Source: Styela clava (Eukaryota). Taken from it: 64,000 nt of DNA. Made by a program: the position numbers and the translations under genes. The stretch covers positions 5,642,001 to 5,706,000 of the forward strand of contig NC_135256.1 in the NCBI RefSeq assembly GCF_964204865.1, written 5' to 3'. Below are positions 1 to 11,900 of this stretch, piece after piece. Position 1 is the stretch's first letter; each line of letters begins with the position of its first letter. Under the pieces are notes generated by a model. That model was not told where the DNA came from. It ran no database searches and saw only the letters and a program-made list of their open reading frames with translations.

Positions 1-357
1 CAATAGTCTACCAAGGTGTTTGTTTCAGATGCATGGACTTGGTTATAACAAGTTGGTTTAATTCAATGGATATGTTTCTGTATGTAGAATATAGTCATTT
101 TCATACTGTTGTGGGTATTCCAACTGTTTCACCCTGCTTTGTTATTGGGTTCGGGGTTTGCTTATATATATACACAATCATGCGCATACACCTGAAAAAA
201 TTTTGGAAAGAATATTTCCCCGATAATTCGCAGTGTTGCCAGATTGTAACTAAAGCAAATATTTAAATAGAAAACAGCAGTTGTAAACCATGAATATAAA
301 CACAGTATGTTAGTCGTTGTCGTTGATATAAACCAAGGATATGTAAAATATTCTTAC

Positions 358-1266
358 CTGCATCAACATCACAAAATTGGCAATGGTTAGTGCAGATATG
401 AAGATTAGAACAACTGCTATGACAACGGTAGATTTGTTGATGTCGCATCTCAGCGTTGAAGTTGCGGCTGTTGGTTTATTCGATGATTGTGCTGTAAAAT
501 TTTTAAAAAATGCATCCCAATTCTGTGTATGCTTACATGATTCGATCAACGATCGCTTTCCGTATGTAGAACCCTTATTTACGACGTTTGCTAGGCACAA
601 GACTCGCTAAACGTAAACGTGAGAGCTCGGAATCTTCCCGGTTCGGCCGAACCTAGCCCGGTGAGGTCGTATGCATGTGGCTCGTACACGAGAGGTACAA
701 CCTGCGATGCCAACATGGTCTATTCAAATGCTTTGACCACTTTGGGCCATTGCGCAATGCGCACACATGCAAATATCTTTTTTGAATACATATAGTGTTA
801 TTGCTGGTCCTGTTTCTTATCACCATTGCATTGCATAGAAAAGCATTACCGTATACGCAAACCATTGATCTTAAATTTCTCTAATACTACAAGCATTCAA
901 ACTTCGATTTCCCCGATCAATATATTCTAGTTGCATTAACCATATATTGCTACATTCAATATCCACGCATCGGCAAGATTAGTAACATTTACTTACAAAT
1001 TATTTCAAATTTGTCCGTTGCACGAATGCTTATGGAACGTATACTTATATACATATATTCTTGTAATGTAGCAAATATATAACATATATATAGCATTCTT
1101 CAAACAGACTCATAACCAACCAATATATTTAAAACATATTTATATTTTACTGACCTCCTCCGTTTGTACCAAAATGTACATTTCCTTCTGGTTTTGGCGT
1201 GGTAGAATCTGTTGCAACTGTTCCCTGTTCTTGAGCTTCAGTCGCATCAGAAAATTGTGCATACAT
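358..1266 (-). CDS. 5' part of an unidentified type II transmembrane protein gene (coding exons 1266-1155 and 491-358; continues beyond the left edge)
   Basis: Exon 1 gives MYAQFSDATEAQEQGTVATDSTTPKPEGNVHFGTNGG, then a phase-1 GTCAGT donor. The acceptor ttttacag leads in frame into (A)QSSNKPTAATSTLRCDINKSTVVIAVVLIFISALTIANFVMLMQ, which has one hydrophobic TM stretch and ends at a CAG|GTAAGA donor. An acceptor (tttctag) lies 26 nt before the ATG. Confidence 0.65.
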
Positions 1267-2987
1267 TTTCAATTCCTATTTTGGGCAATGACCTAGAAAC
1301 TATAGCAATTATGAACAAAAACAATTTCCAGTTTTGTCGACTTAGCTACAACGGCGAGTTAAAGACTCGCCTTAGGCTGTAGTTTTGTGCGATAAACTAT
1401 ATTGACGCATTTTACTTGTCTGGCTGATAACTTCAAAATACTACTTTGTGTAAAATGAGATTGTATTATGTTACATTCAAAAATTGAGTAACTTTAACTG
1501 AAATTTCCATATAGCCTGACAATCGACATTTCGACCAGAATAATTGACAATTTACTCATATCTCATATTTAAATGGAATGAAATGTACAAAATATAAAAT
1601 TATGTTACCCAACAAGACACAATAGCAGATGGCCATGACTGAAACTGGTCTTTTTGATTGGAACATTTACTATATTATGTCTGTTCGTTGCAAAATATCC
1701 ATAAAGGTTCCTAAAATCTTATTTGTAATCGTTCCTATACCAAAAACTTTCTATGCCTATGTTTTGAAGTGTGTGTCTATTTCCATACTAACGTTAGGAA
1801 TTGCTTGGCCGTGTATATTATATATATACATGTTGCTCCCTAGTTCAAGGTGATATGAACTCTGAAACCATTATTGGACACGGATTCTCTTTGTTAAATA
1901 TTTGTTGTTTTCGTCGCTTTTCTGTGTGATAACATCATCGCATTTCTGTGGGCTCTATGGGATTTGTCTTTCACATTGAAGTTTTGTGTGGAAGCGTCAT
2001 CATAATTAAAAATAAAAATTACGCACCGTGTTGCAAAATCTAATATGAGGAAAACTACTAGCCCCGTAATTGATTTACTGCTACTTTGTTTTGGTCTTCG
2101 TGTCCAAATATTTGAGCATTGCTCTTCTGACATTTGTAAAATTATTGCAACCACAAACACATCATTAACATGTTCATTTGCCGTACTTTCCGTCTCATAG
2201 CCCTAGGCTAAAATTGATAAAAAGAAAAAAAAATTGAACTTACATAACCTAAAAGGTATGTGTCTTTTGGTGAAATAAAATTCAGCTTATTTTGCAAATT
2301 TGATCATTAATCCAGAAGTGTACCTAGGCTGTAATTTTTTAGTCATCTCGTCTCAATGCACTTCCGGTACTTTTCATTGGTAAAGGAAAACCCATATACA
2401 TTTTTTAAATTATATATCATTTAAAACGTGTAAGAGAGATTTCTCGCTACCGACTAGATAAAAAATTGCCTTATCAATAGGTCTTATTTTAACAGGGGTT
2501 GGGGCCCATATTAAAATTCTTTTTAAAAAACAGTTCGTAATAACACGGTATGTATAAAAGGCTATGTACTAGGCTACTTTATTTCTTCAATGTTTCATAG
2601 GTGTTCAGCCAGCGTTATGCGCAAGTCGCACTCCAGTACAGTTTGAGTATTTCATAGTGCGTGCATTATTAAGTCTTATAAGTAAAATAAAAAGTGTTGT
2701 GCGTTTCAAAAAGAAAATGACTGACCGACCACTAGCGTACGCCTGTGATTCATAACATGGTTAGGAACGATATTTTCCAATGTAGTAGCGCCCAAGTAGT
2801 CACTTTGGTGGCGCCCAAGAGCCGTCGTCATAGTTACATCAAAGCGGCGGGGATTCTCGTTGTCTGCCAGTATTGCAGTACTGTACTGTGTGGCCAACCA
2901 CTTGTTTTGTAGTCCTGAACTCAGAAAGTAGATTTATTTTTGATAAAATATAAATTTCTTGCACTCATTTAAATAAAATAATCGATA

Positions 2988-5900
2988 ATGGCAGACGATA
3001 AGACCGATGAAACGATCGATGTAATTTCCACAGCATCTTCCGGAGAAAAAGTTGAAGATAACGAAAAAGAAAATTGTGAGTCCAACAACATACCAGTAGT
3101 CTAATGTTTATTGTCAAAAAATGTCAATTCTGGTGTCTTATAAGAACAATTTCCCATTTTTTTTAAAAACGGGAAAATATACCGGCAGCGTATCCGTACC
3201 GTACTTTTCCTAAGTTTAGACTTTAGAATATTACGATACGTACATCCTACGACTGCTGATTACCTACGTAAGCTTCGAAAATTAGGGGGGGGGGGGGAGA
3301 GGGGGAGTGGTTGGCTCCAATCCAATATTCTACCAAACATGATGTTAATATAGTCTAAGTGCACGCATTTTTCTCAGTTAGAATGAACATCTACATCTTT
3401 TGGCAACATTCTCTTATTTACACTGTGTACGTTTAATTTCTTTATCTTACTCGAGGTTATGTTTCATGATTCTATAATCAGTTTGTATTTGCTTTAGTTT
3501 ATCGATTTATTTTATTGGCGTCATTGCTGATAATGGAGTTCAAATAAACCTATACACATTATTTCTAGCATCTAAAGTGAAGACTCCAATTGATCCAACA
3601 GAAAAATTGATGATTGTATTCAGCTGTTCTGTTATTCTTGTCGTCATCATTTTTGTTGTTGTTCTAGTTACGAATGGTAAGAAAGTTAACGTTTGATCAA
3701 CTTACGGTAAGTTTGTTCAGAACCGGCCACGGCACCTCTGATTACCCCACGAGGGTTCGCAGGTTCGAATCAGATGTGAGAATAGTTATGGGCGAGAGGA
3801 TTGCTGGACCTGCCGCCGTAGGGTGGTTCATGTAAACACTGGGCGGTTACGGCACTCTCCACTATCAAGTCCATGCATCTGAAAACAAATAACTAACTAA
3901 CTCCATACCCAACTTGGGCTGGTAACCAGACAAAATGCTCCGGTATGCCATATCATTAAGGCGTCTTATCGCTTTTCTCTCCCCTGGGACAAATATGTAA
4001 ATCTTATCGAACCTATCCTATCCTAACCAAGCATGAGTACTAAACCTTGTTTGGATTTAATCTGAAATGTTAAATGGAGTGAACGTCATTCTCCCTCAAA
4101 GATGGTTTGAATTTACATGAACTGCTTTGAATCTTGCGTCAAACAGTATTGACAAACGTGTGATTCTAAACTGTTATGAATTATGTGGTCCCAGTAGCTT
4201 TTGACACATGATTGTTCGCATGTTTCTTCACCTAGATATTTGCTTTTTTCTATAAAAAGTATCTCTCAGTTTAAATGTTCTCGGGTAATGTTTTGTTAGA
4301 GTATCCAGTTTGACAAGAGCCCACCAACCTACAAAGCATAAAAGGAAAAATAGCGATGCTGCTATCACATGTGTGTTAAAATGAAATTGTTCTCAATTTA
4401 TTGTTCATAATAATTAACATAGAATAGACATCAAGAAAGATTAGAAAGTGACTGCTTCCTATTTTTTGAGCTATGAGAAAGTGTTCTTTCATTTTTTGTA
4501 CTTTTTATATAACTGATTATCTTTTGCAGGAATAAAAACAGCAGCGTTGAGAAGTGTTTGTGAAGAAATTGAATCGAGAAAAAATACAGGAAAAAGTGCT
4601 GGAACGTCAGTCCAACAACCGTCTGTAGAAGATATTATGTTTTGTCAAAGTAAGCAAGTTCTAAGCTTCATCATCCAGAGTGTAATGTATCGGGTAGGCC
4701 GAACTCAGACATTTCACTAATTGAAAGATATTTCGCTGATCACAATACACTAATCATCAATAAAATTGATGATAAACAATGAAAGTTGTGAGCTTCGAAA
4801 TGAGCTTGGTCTGTGATGTAATCACTTATTAAAATTTTTATTTGGGATCTGCATGAGAAGCCGATAGGACAGCTTAATCCTATGGCGAACCACGGCCTCT
4901 TGTCCGGTTACCATTGCATCTTGGGGGCTCCCGAAGTATGCGAACCAAGATGGCGGACATCGGAATGTAATATGTGTACTAGGTAAGGGTTAGGCCATAA
5001 TTTTAGCTATAAATACTACGGGAGGCTCTTGGCTAGTCTTCGAACTGATAATAGGACAAAAATAAGAAAAATTGAAAAAAAATTATTGCCTAACCCTAAC
5101 CTGTTACCCATGTTACGTTCCGATGTCCGCCATCTTGGTTCGCATACTTCGGGAGCACCGCAGCTTGGGTATGGGATTAGATAGCCAGTTATTTATTTCA
5201 GATGCATGGACTTGATTCCGGTCCTTTCAGAAATAGGTTTTGTCACAAACAAGATTACGAAGTTTGAAGATTTATTTGACACATTTTTGTTATGGTATAA
5301 TTATGCATAAACCTGCTTATCCCTAAAACATATCACTTTTCTCTTCGATATATTTCGAGGATTCCAAGGCAAGAAAGAGTATTTCAATAAAATGTTATGT
5401 GTGTTTCAAAGTTGAAATAAATGTTGCCCTGCTGTCTTTATTATACAGATATTACAACTTCTGAACTTTTGGTGGAGTATTAATGAGCTTGGCAAGTTCA
5501 TTTAAAAAAGTGATTTTTTGGAAGTCCCTTTTGATCATTTTGAGTTGAAATTTCGACTATAAGCATTCACATAGGTCTATGTGTTTCAAAGAATTTCCAT
5601 CTTACATTATTTTTTTCAGGTATAAAGTGCAAATTTGATGTTCTGAATTGTAAAGTGCCTTGTCCTTTTGGATTCCAAGTAGATTCAGATGGTTGTGCCA
5701 CTGGTTGCCAATGCGGAGGAAGAGGAATATTGCAAGGAGATATCGCATTTGATGAAGCAGATGTTCCAGTCATGATGGATGTGAGACATCTTTTATTTTT
5801 TTATATAGAAGTTGATTCGATACAAATAATTGTTAATCATGAAGAATAAATGCACGGCTGTTTTTAGTACATTGTTTCCCTGAAAATAAGACTGGGTCCT

Positions 5901-8900
5901 ATTTTAATTCTGTATAGAAAAATGACACTAGGGCTTTTTTGGGGGGTGTCTTATAGTAAAATCATTTTTAAAATTCAGAGCAGGTCTTATTTTCAGGCTA
6001 GGTCTTATTTTCGAGGAAACACGGTAGTTTGTAGTACAGATGGAAAATCAGAGGCAGGCATAGCCAAAGCCTTTTCATATAAATTAACAAAAGAGCAATG
6101 CTCAAGGTTCTAAAATGGTACCAATACTGTCATGTAGGGGTTGCGTAGACCATAGGTTCTCAAAGTGCTCCGTACGGAGCCCCAGGGCTCCGCGAGAGAA
6201 AACCAGGGGCTCCGCGAACTATTCGATTACTTTTCAGAATACTGACTTGGCTAATTTTGTAACTGTTCAAAGAATCAATGACAGCTTTGATAAAATTTGA
6301 CAACAATATAGCCTCGAAATATGGCAAAGTGGCGGAATTAAAATGATATTATTTATAAGCAGGAGCGCAGCCAGGATTTTTAAGAGGGAGGAGATTCACC
6401 ATTGGAATCCGAAATTTCCGCGCAACATTCTTTGCGATTAAAAAAAAACGGATAACGAGATTTCTGTTGCGTAAAATATTCAATTCATGACCGATGCGAC
6501 CATTTGAAGTGTCTTGTCGCAATAATTTAATTGTGCTCATCGTTACTCACGTTCGAGACTACTATTAGGATTACTGAAATGAAAAAATACTATTGTAAAA
6601 TAACATAAACTGCGTGATAAACTGCCAACTATAAATAAATTGGAGTCTTATTTTTGCGATCTTGGGATTTGTTAAATTTGATTTGTTCTTTCGCACTCGA
6701 GATTATTTTTAAGCAAGATATCGCCGTTTGAAAAATCACAAGGTCTTGGCAAAATTTATTTTGGTGCATGCGGCTCCGTCGGTAGTTTCAGAATGGAAAA
6801 ATGATACATCGTGCGCATAATTAATTGACTGTGTTTCAATTTCGCAGTCACTACGATGAATAACCGAAGAAAACCTAACATAACACCAAATTTTGTGATT
6901 TACAATGTCTATTAAAGCGTTTTTATTCTAATGTGAGTCTGCTGAAACAAAACTTATAGTGTTATCTTTCATTTTAAGTTTTAGTTCTAATATTTTAGAA
7001 CGCCGCTTTTCAATCAAGAAATTTGAATTGCGGACCTCTTTACTAACTATTATTTTGTAGTATTTCGTCGCCGATGATTATATTATGGTAACATGTTTTT
7101 CACATTGAACTCATAATTCCCCACGAGAACGAAAAAGCATTTGTCGTCGTCATTGTGGAACAATACATGTATATGCCGAGGGAAATTTTTGATTTAGGAA
7201 GAATAAACACCGGCGTAAAGATGTTTGAGGTTTAAAAACACGCCATGCTGACGAAAACAATCGGCGATTGTAACAAAATGCAATCGCGCACGTTATTAGA
7301 GGCCTTTTAAGTCTTCCAAAAATGTCAAGAGGGGAAAAGATTAGACCCCTAATTTACAGCCTTAATATATACAATTTATCTTTGAAATTTAGATTTATTC
7401 ATGACTTGTATTAACCCTATTGAAAGGGTATAGTATTTAAATTGAGTTAAAGTTATATTAATCGGAAAGTAACAATTTTAACGTTTATTTTGGGGCTCCG
7501 TGAATGATAGTCAACCTTTCCAAAGGCTCCTCAGCACCAAAAGTTTGAGATCCCCTGGCGTAGACAGTTTTTCGAGAGGGCATGAAGCTTATTAAAAATA
7601 AATATATTTGTTGGATTTGATCTTGCCTGCCTCATTCTGCATATTTACATTTCAAATCATTCGATTTATTTCAATATCAACGTTCCATCCACGTATTTTC
7701 AACATGCTTTTGGAATGAAACATACTATCGCCTTACCATCTGTTTGTTACTTGTTGCTTAGTGAAATATCTGGTCCCATATAACTCATACGTAATTTGAA
7801 AATAAAATGAAAGTAATAGTCTTTTAGCGACTTTACTGGAATTTAGTGAGACTTTGACACTTAGTTGAATGGGACAAACATCAAACTATTCCTCAAAATC
7901 GAACCAGCTGACACTGATCTAACTAACATTCAAAAATTGAGTAACTTTAACTGAAATTTCCATATAGCCCGACAATCGACATTTCGACCAGAATAATTGA
8001 CAATTTACTCATATCTCATATTTAAATGAAATCTTATGTCATGAGTGCGCGTAACAATCTTTGATTTGCACTCAAATTTTGTACAAAAAAAAGTTTTTGT
8101 TCCTAGGAATTTGGTCTATCCAATGAGCGACAGGATTTTAATATTGAAGGACAAGATGTAGGAATTCCATTGTGGACACGAGACAAATTTGAAGGAGAGG
8201 AAAATCACCTGACTATTGCCTATAACTTGGATGCTGATTTAAGTATGTTATTTCAGTATTTGTTTTTTTGTTGAGTGTTTTCATTCAGAACAATGCTATA
8301 CATAGGCAACCAGTGATATGTATATATATATATATAAGCCTATACTATTTTTGAAGCATTCATCACACCTTATGTGAGGTGGCAGGCATGAAAATTGAAT
8401 TTGAGAACAGTAACCTGCTATGCAAACATAGTTTTTTCCAACAAGTAAACAATCGGGCAATTGCACCATTTTATTAAAATTGTTGGAGCTTGATTGAAAC
8501 TCTCAAATGACCATTTGCGCTGTTGGGACGAATGGGACTTGAGTCACATTTATTTGAAGATTTAGCTCGACCTGAGTCAAAGAAGGTCGCTTATCCCAAG
8601 TCTTTACTTCTTCCAATTGCCTTGATTGAATATCTTTTGGCATGACCTCAGGCCAGGTGAACTGATATTTCAACCTGGGCTGCTCCAATCATAATTTCAC
8701 TGGTGATTGTTTGCTAGAGAGAGAGAGAGAGAGAGATTTAATATCTTGTCATTTAAAAAGAATATAGTCATCAATGCAGTTAAAAAGATACCGCAATAGA
8801 ATGTCGATGTTACCAAAAATCTCAAACTCAACCATATTCTTGAAAGATTTAATCATTTTATGCCAAATCTAAACAACGCCAGACAAAAAGTAATTTCGCG

Positions 8901-11900
8901 TCACAACGCACAGTTTAGGAACCACTGGTTTACACATTTGATTACAAGCTTTCATTTTCCATCACAGCTGAAGAACAAATCTCTTCATGGAAACGAGCTA
9001 TTGGACAACTTGAGAAGGAAACTTGCATCAGATTTAAAGATCGGAAACATGAAGAATTGGATTATTTATTTGTAACAAAAACAGAATCCCCTGATTGCAC
9101 GTAGGTAGATTTTATTCTGGAATTCTTCTCTGTGAAGAGTACGCTTTCACTCTTTCTTCAACAAAAGGCTGTAGCTCGCCATATATTTGATTAAACTGTC
9201 TTATTAGCTTTCCTCTACAGATGCCTTGTCAGCAGTTGGCGCATTGTTCCTAATCATTAGAAATATGCTTGCCATCACACTACTGATGACCCTTCGTGAG
9301 GTTCGAATTCTACATAGGATACTTATATGCGAAAGGATTGCTGGTCTCCTCATGGCTGTAGGGGGGTTCACGTTCCCTGAAAATCCCACGCTGTTAGTTA
9401 TAAACAAGAAATCTATTTAATAATGCACCATCTCAGATGTAAAGCTTTCTGTCTCTATATTTTAACAGATCCTTCATTGGACGCAAGGGAGGTCAACAAA
9501 AGATAGTGATGGGCGATTGTTTCTCATCTCGACATGTAGAACACATGCTCATGCATGCTTTAGGATTTCAACATGAACATGCAAGACATGACAGAGAAGC
9601 TTATATTGAGATTAAATTGGATAATGTAATGGCAGGTTGGTGCTGATTATAATTGTGGATGTCGTTGTCTGGTGTTCAAACCAGGGGTGGGCAAGGTATT
9701 TAAACCAGGTGCCAAAAATGTTGCCGACCCAGACTGGCGGGCCATGAAAGTCTGACATAAAAAAGTTACATTTCATGAACAATATTTTCAGGGTTACAAA
9801 AGCAAGAGTAGAAAACAATAAGCCTTGTGCCAAAAGTAAATTTATTCGCAATTTAAACAAATTCCTTGAGCTATTTTTTTGCTAATGCATCAAAATTTGA
9901 TTTTAGTTTGGCTGTGGCGGGCCAGATTGAATTACCAAACGAGCCAATTTGCCCCGTGTGCCGTAGTTTGACCCTGTCAGGGTTAAATAATAAGATTTAT
10001 TCTTAAGACTTCAACTCAAGTTTAAACTCCCGAGTTTAAATCCCATGCCACCTCACCAAGGGTGTAATAAATTCGCAATGCCAAAACGAGAAGATTGTGG
10101 TTTTTACAAACTAAACTACAATAAAACTTAAATGGCATTGGCTACCGTACTTGTTTCGAAGTGAGAGGCATATAAATACATAGTATAGAATCAATTTTAA
10201 GAAAATATGAATGCTAACAATATTGGGGCCAAGTGATAATATCAGTTCAGGCAGTGGCACAAGCTTGGACAAAGCCTGATTATTGTAATTGACCGTCTGA
10301 CTGTTTGTCATTGTTACAATTCGGTTACTTCCTCGAACATTTAAAGCATTGAAGCAGAGAAAAACAAATAATCCACAATAATATTGAATACATTCTACAA
10401 TAATATTTTGAATATGGAATATTGATAATATTCTAAATTGTGTCATTTCAACTAACAAAAGTTAAACCATATTCAACAAGTTAAACTTTGAAAATGCAGA
10501 AATGAATGTGAGAGTTACAGCATAGCCTATAGCAGTGGTTCCTAACCGAGAGCAGTTGGAGGGGGCCATTATGCCATGCGCAAAACTGCCGTGGGTGTTT
10601 TCATTTTGTTGAGCATGAATTGTTTGAACATAATGGGATTTGAAATCTACCAATCAAATTAACAATATAAATATTTCTGGAATGATAAATAAGGGGGCCA
10701 TGAGTGCTAAAAGCAAGTCTACTATTTCAGAACACAAGGACAAGTTCAATGCAGTTTCTAAAGATCGTACAGAACCATACACAACAGATTTTGACAAAGA
10801 TAGTGTCACGATGTTCAGTGGATATGCCTACTCAATAGCAGAAGACAAACCAACGATTATTGATCTCGAAACATCACAACCTCTAGTTGTTTCAGATCAC
10901 GGCTTGTTCTCTGAGAACGATGTGTTGGATATCAATGGTCTCTACTGCAAAGGAATCGATCCTGAATCTGCTGGTAAATAAGAATTTTTTATAATAATTT
11001 AGAAAGAAGGAATATACATGTTGTGACAGTTATTTATTATTACCAAAATTAATGGCTTTGAGAAACTAAAAACACATCTTAGCCTAAACACAAGAACATG
11101 CAACATAATTACAGTCACTCAGTATAGCCAAACTCAAATGGACCACCGTCTAATACTCATAACAGCAGTGATACGGATGCAATCCATTGTCGCTTGACAA
11201 TAATCAGTGAATTAATTCTCATAACAATATATTATGATAATTATGATAAATACACTAAACCAGCGGTTCCCAAACTATGGGTCGCGACCCACTGGTGAGT
11301 CGCAAGAGGAATTTCAGTGGGTCGTGAAAAGATGTAGAAAGCTTTGATCAATTATACTGGTGATTAGGATCGGTGGCAAAGCAAATTTAAAAGCTAATTT
11401 CGAAATAAACTGCAACTTTTCAATTTTTTACGTCTAAAACTATCTGAAATTGAAATAAATGTCAAGTCTATTATGGAAAATAGCAAGAAACAATCTCATC
11501 TTTCTCACTAGCTTCACTGAAAATTCAATTTGAGAAATTAAATTTGTTTCCTCCATCAATGTTTTACTAATTTATTAAAGTTAAATGGGTCGCCATAAGC
11601 TGTGGTAAAAAATAGTGGGTACCAACTCTAAAAAGTTTGGGAACCACTGCACTAAACCAATAACTACTCGGTAAGTAAGTCCAGAAAGATAACTGTAATC
11701 ACAATAAAGGAATAAAATTAGAAGAGCTAATTACTTTCAATGATTCAAATTCAAGATTCAATTTCATATTTTTCTGACTCATATCTTTTGATTCCTTCTC
11801 ATTCATGGCTTCAAGTTCATTTTCAAGTTCTTTATTATTATAATATCTAAATATTGTAATTGTAACTGAGACAGAAATTGGAGTTACAGGTGCAAAGTTT

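Noticed and set aside
1894-2200. 88-aa minus-strand ORF with a hydrophobic stretch between the divergent genes
   Set aside because: No recognisable motif and no splice path to either neighbouring gene.
8503-8688. Coding-looking 61-aa antisense ORF in intron 5 of the pseudo-astacin gene
   Set aside because: Short, non-ATG start, and no homology I can recognise.
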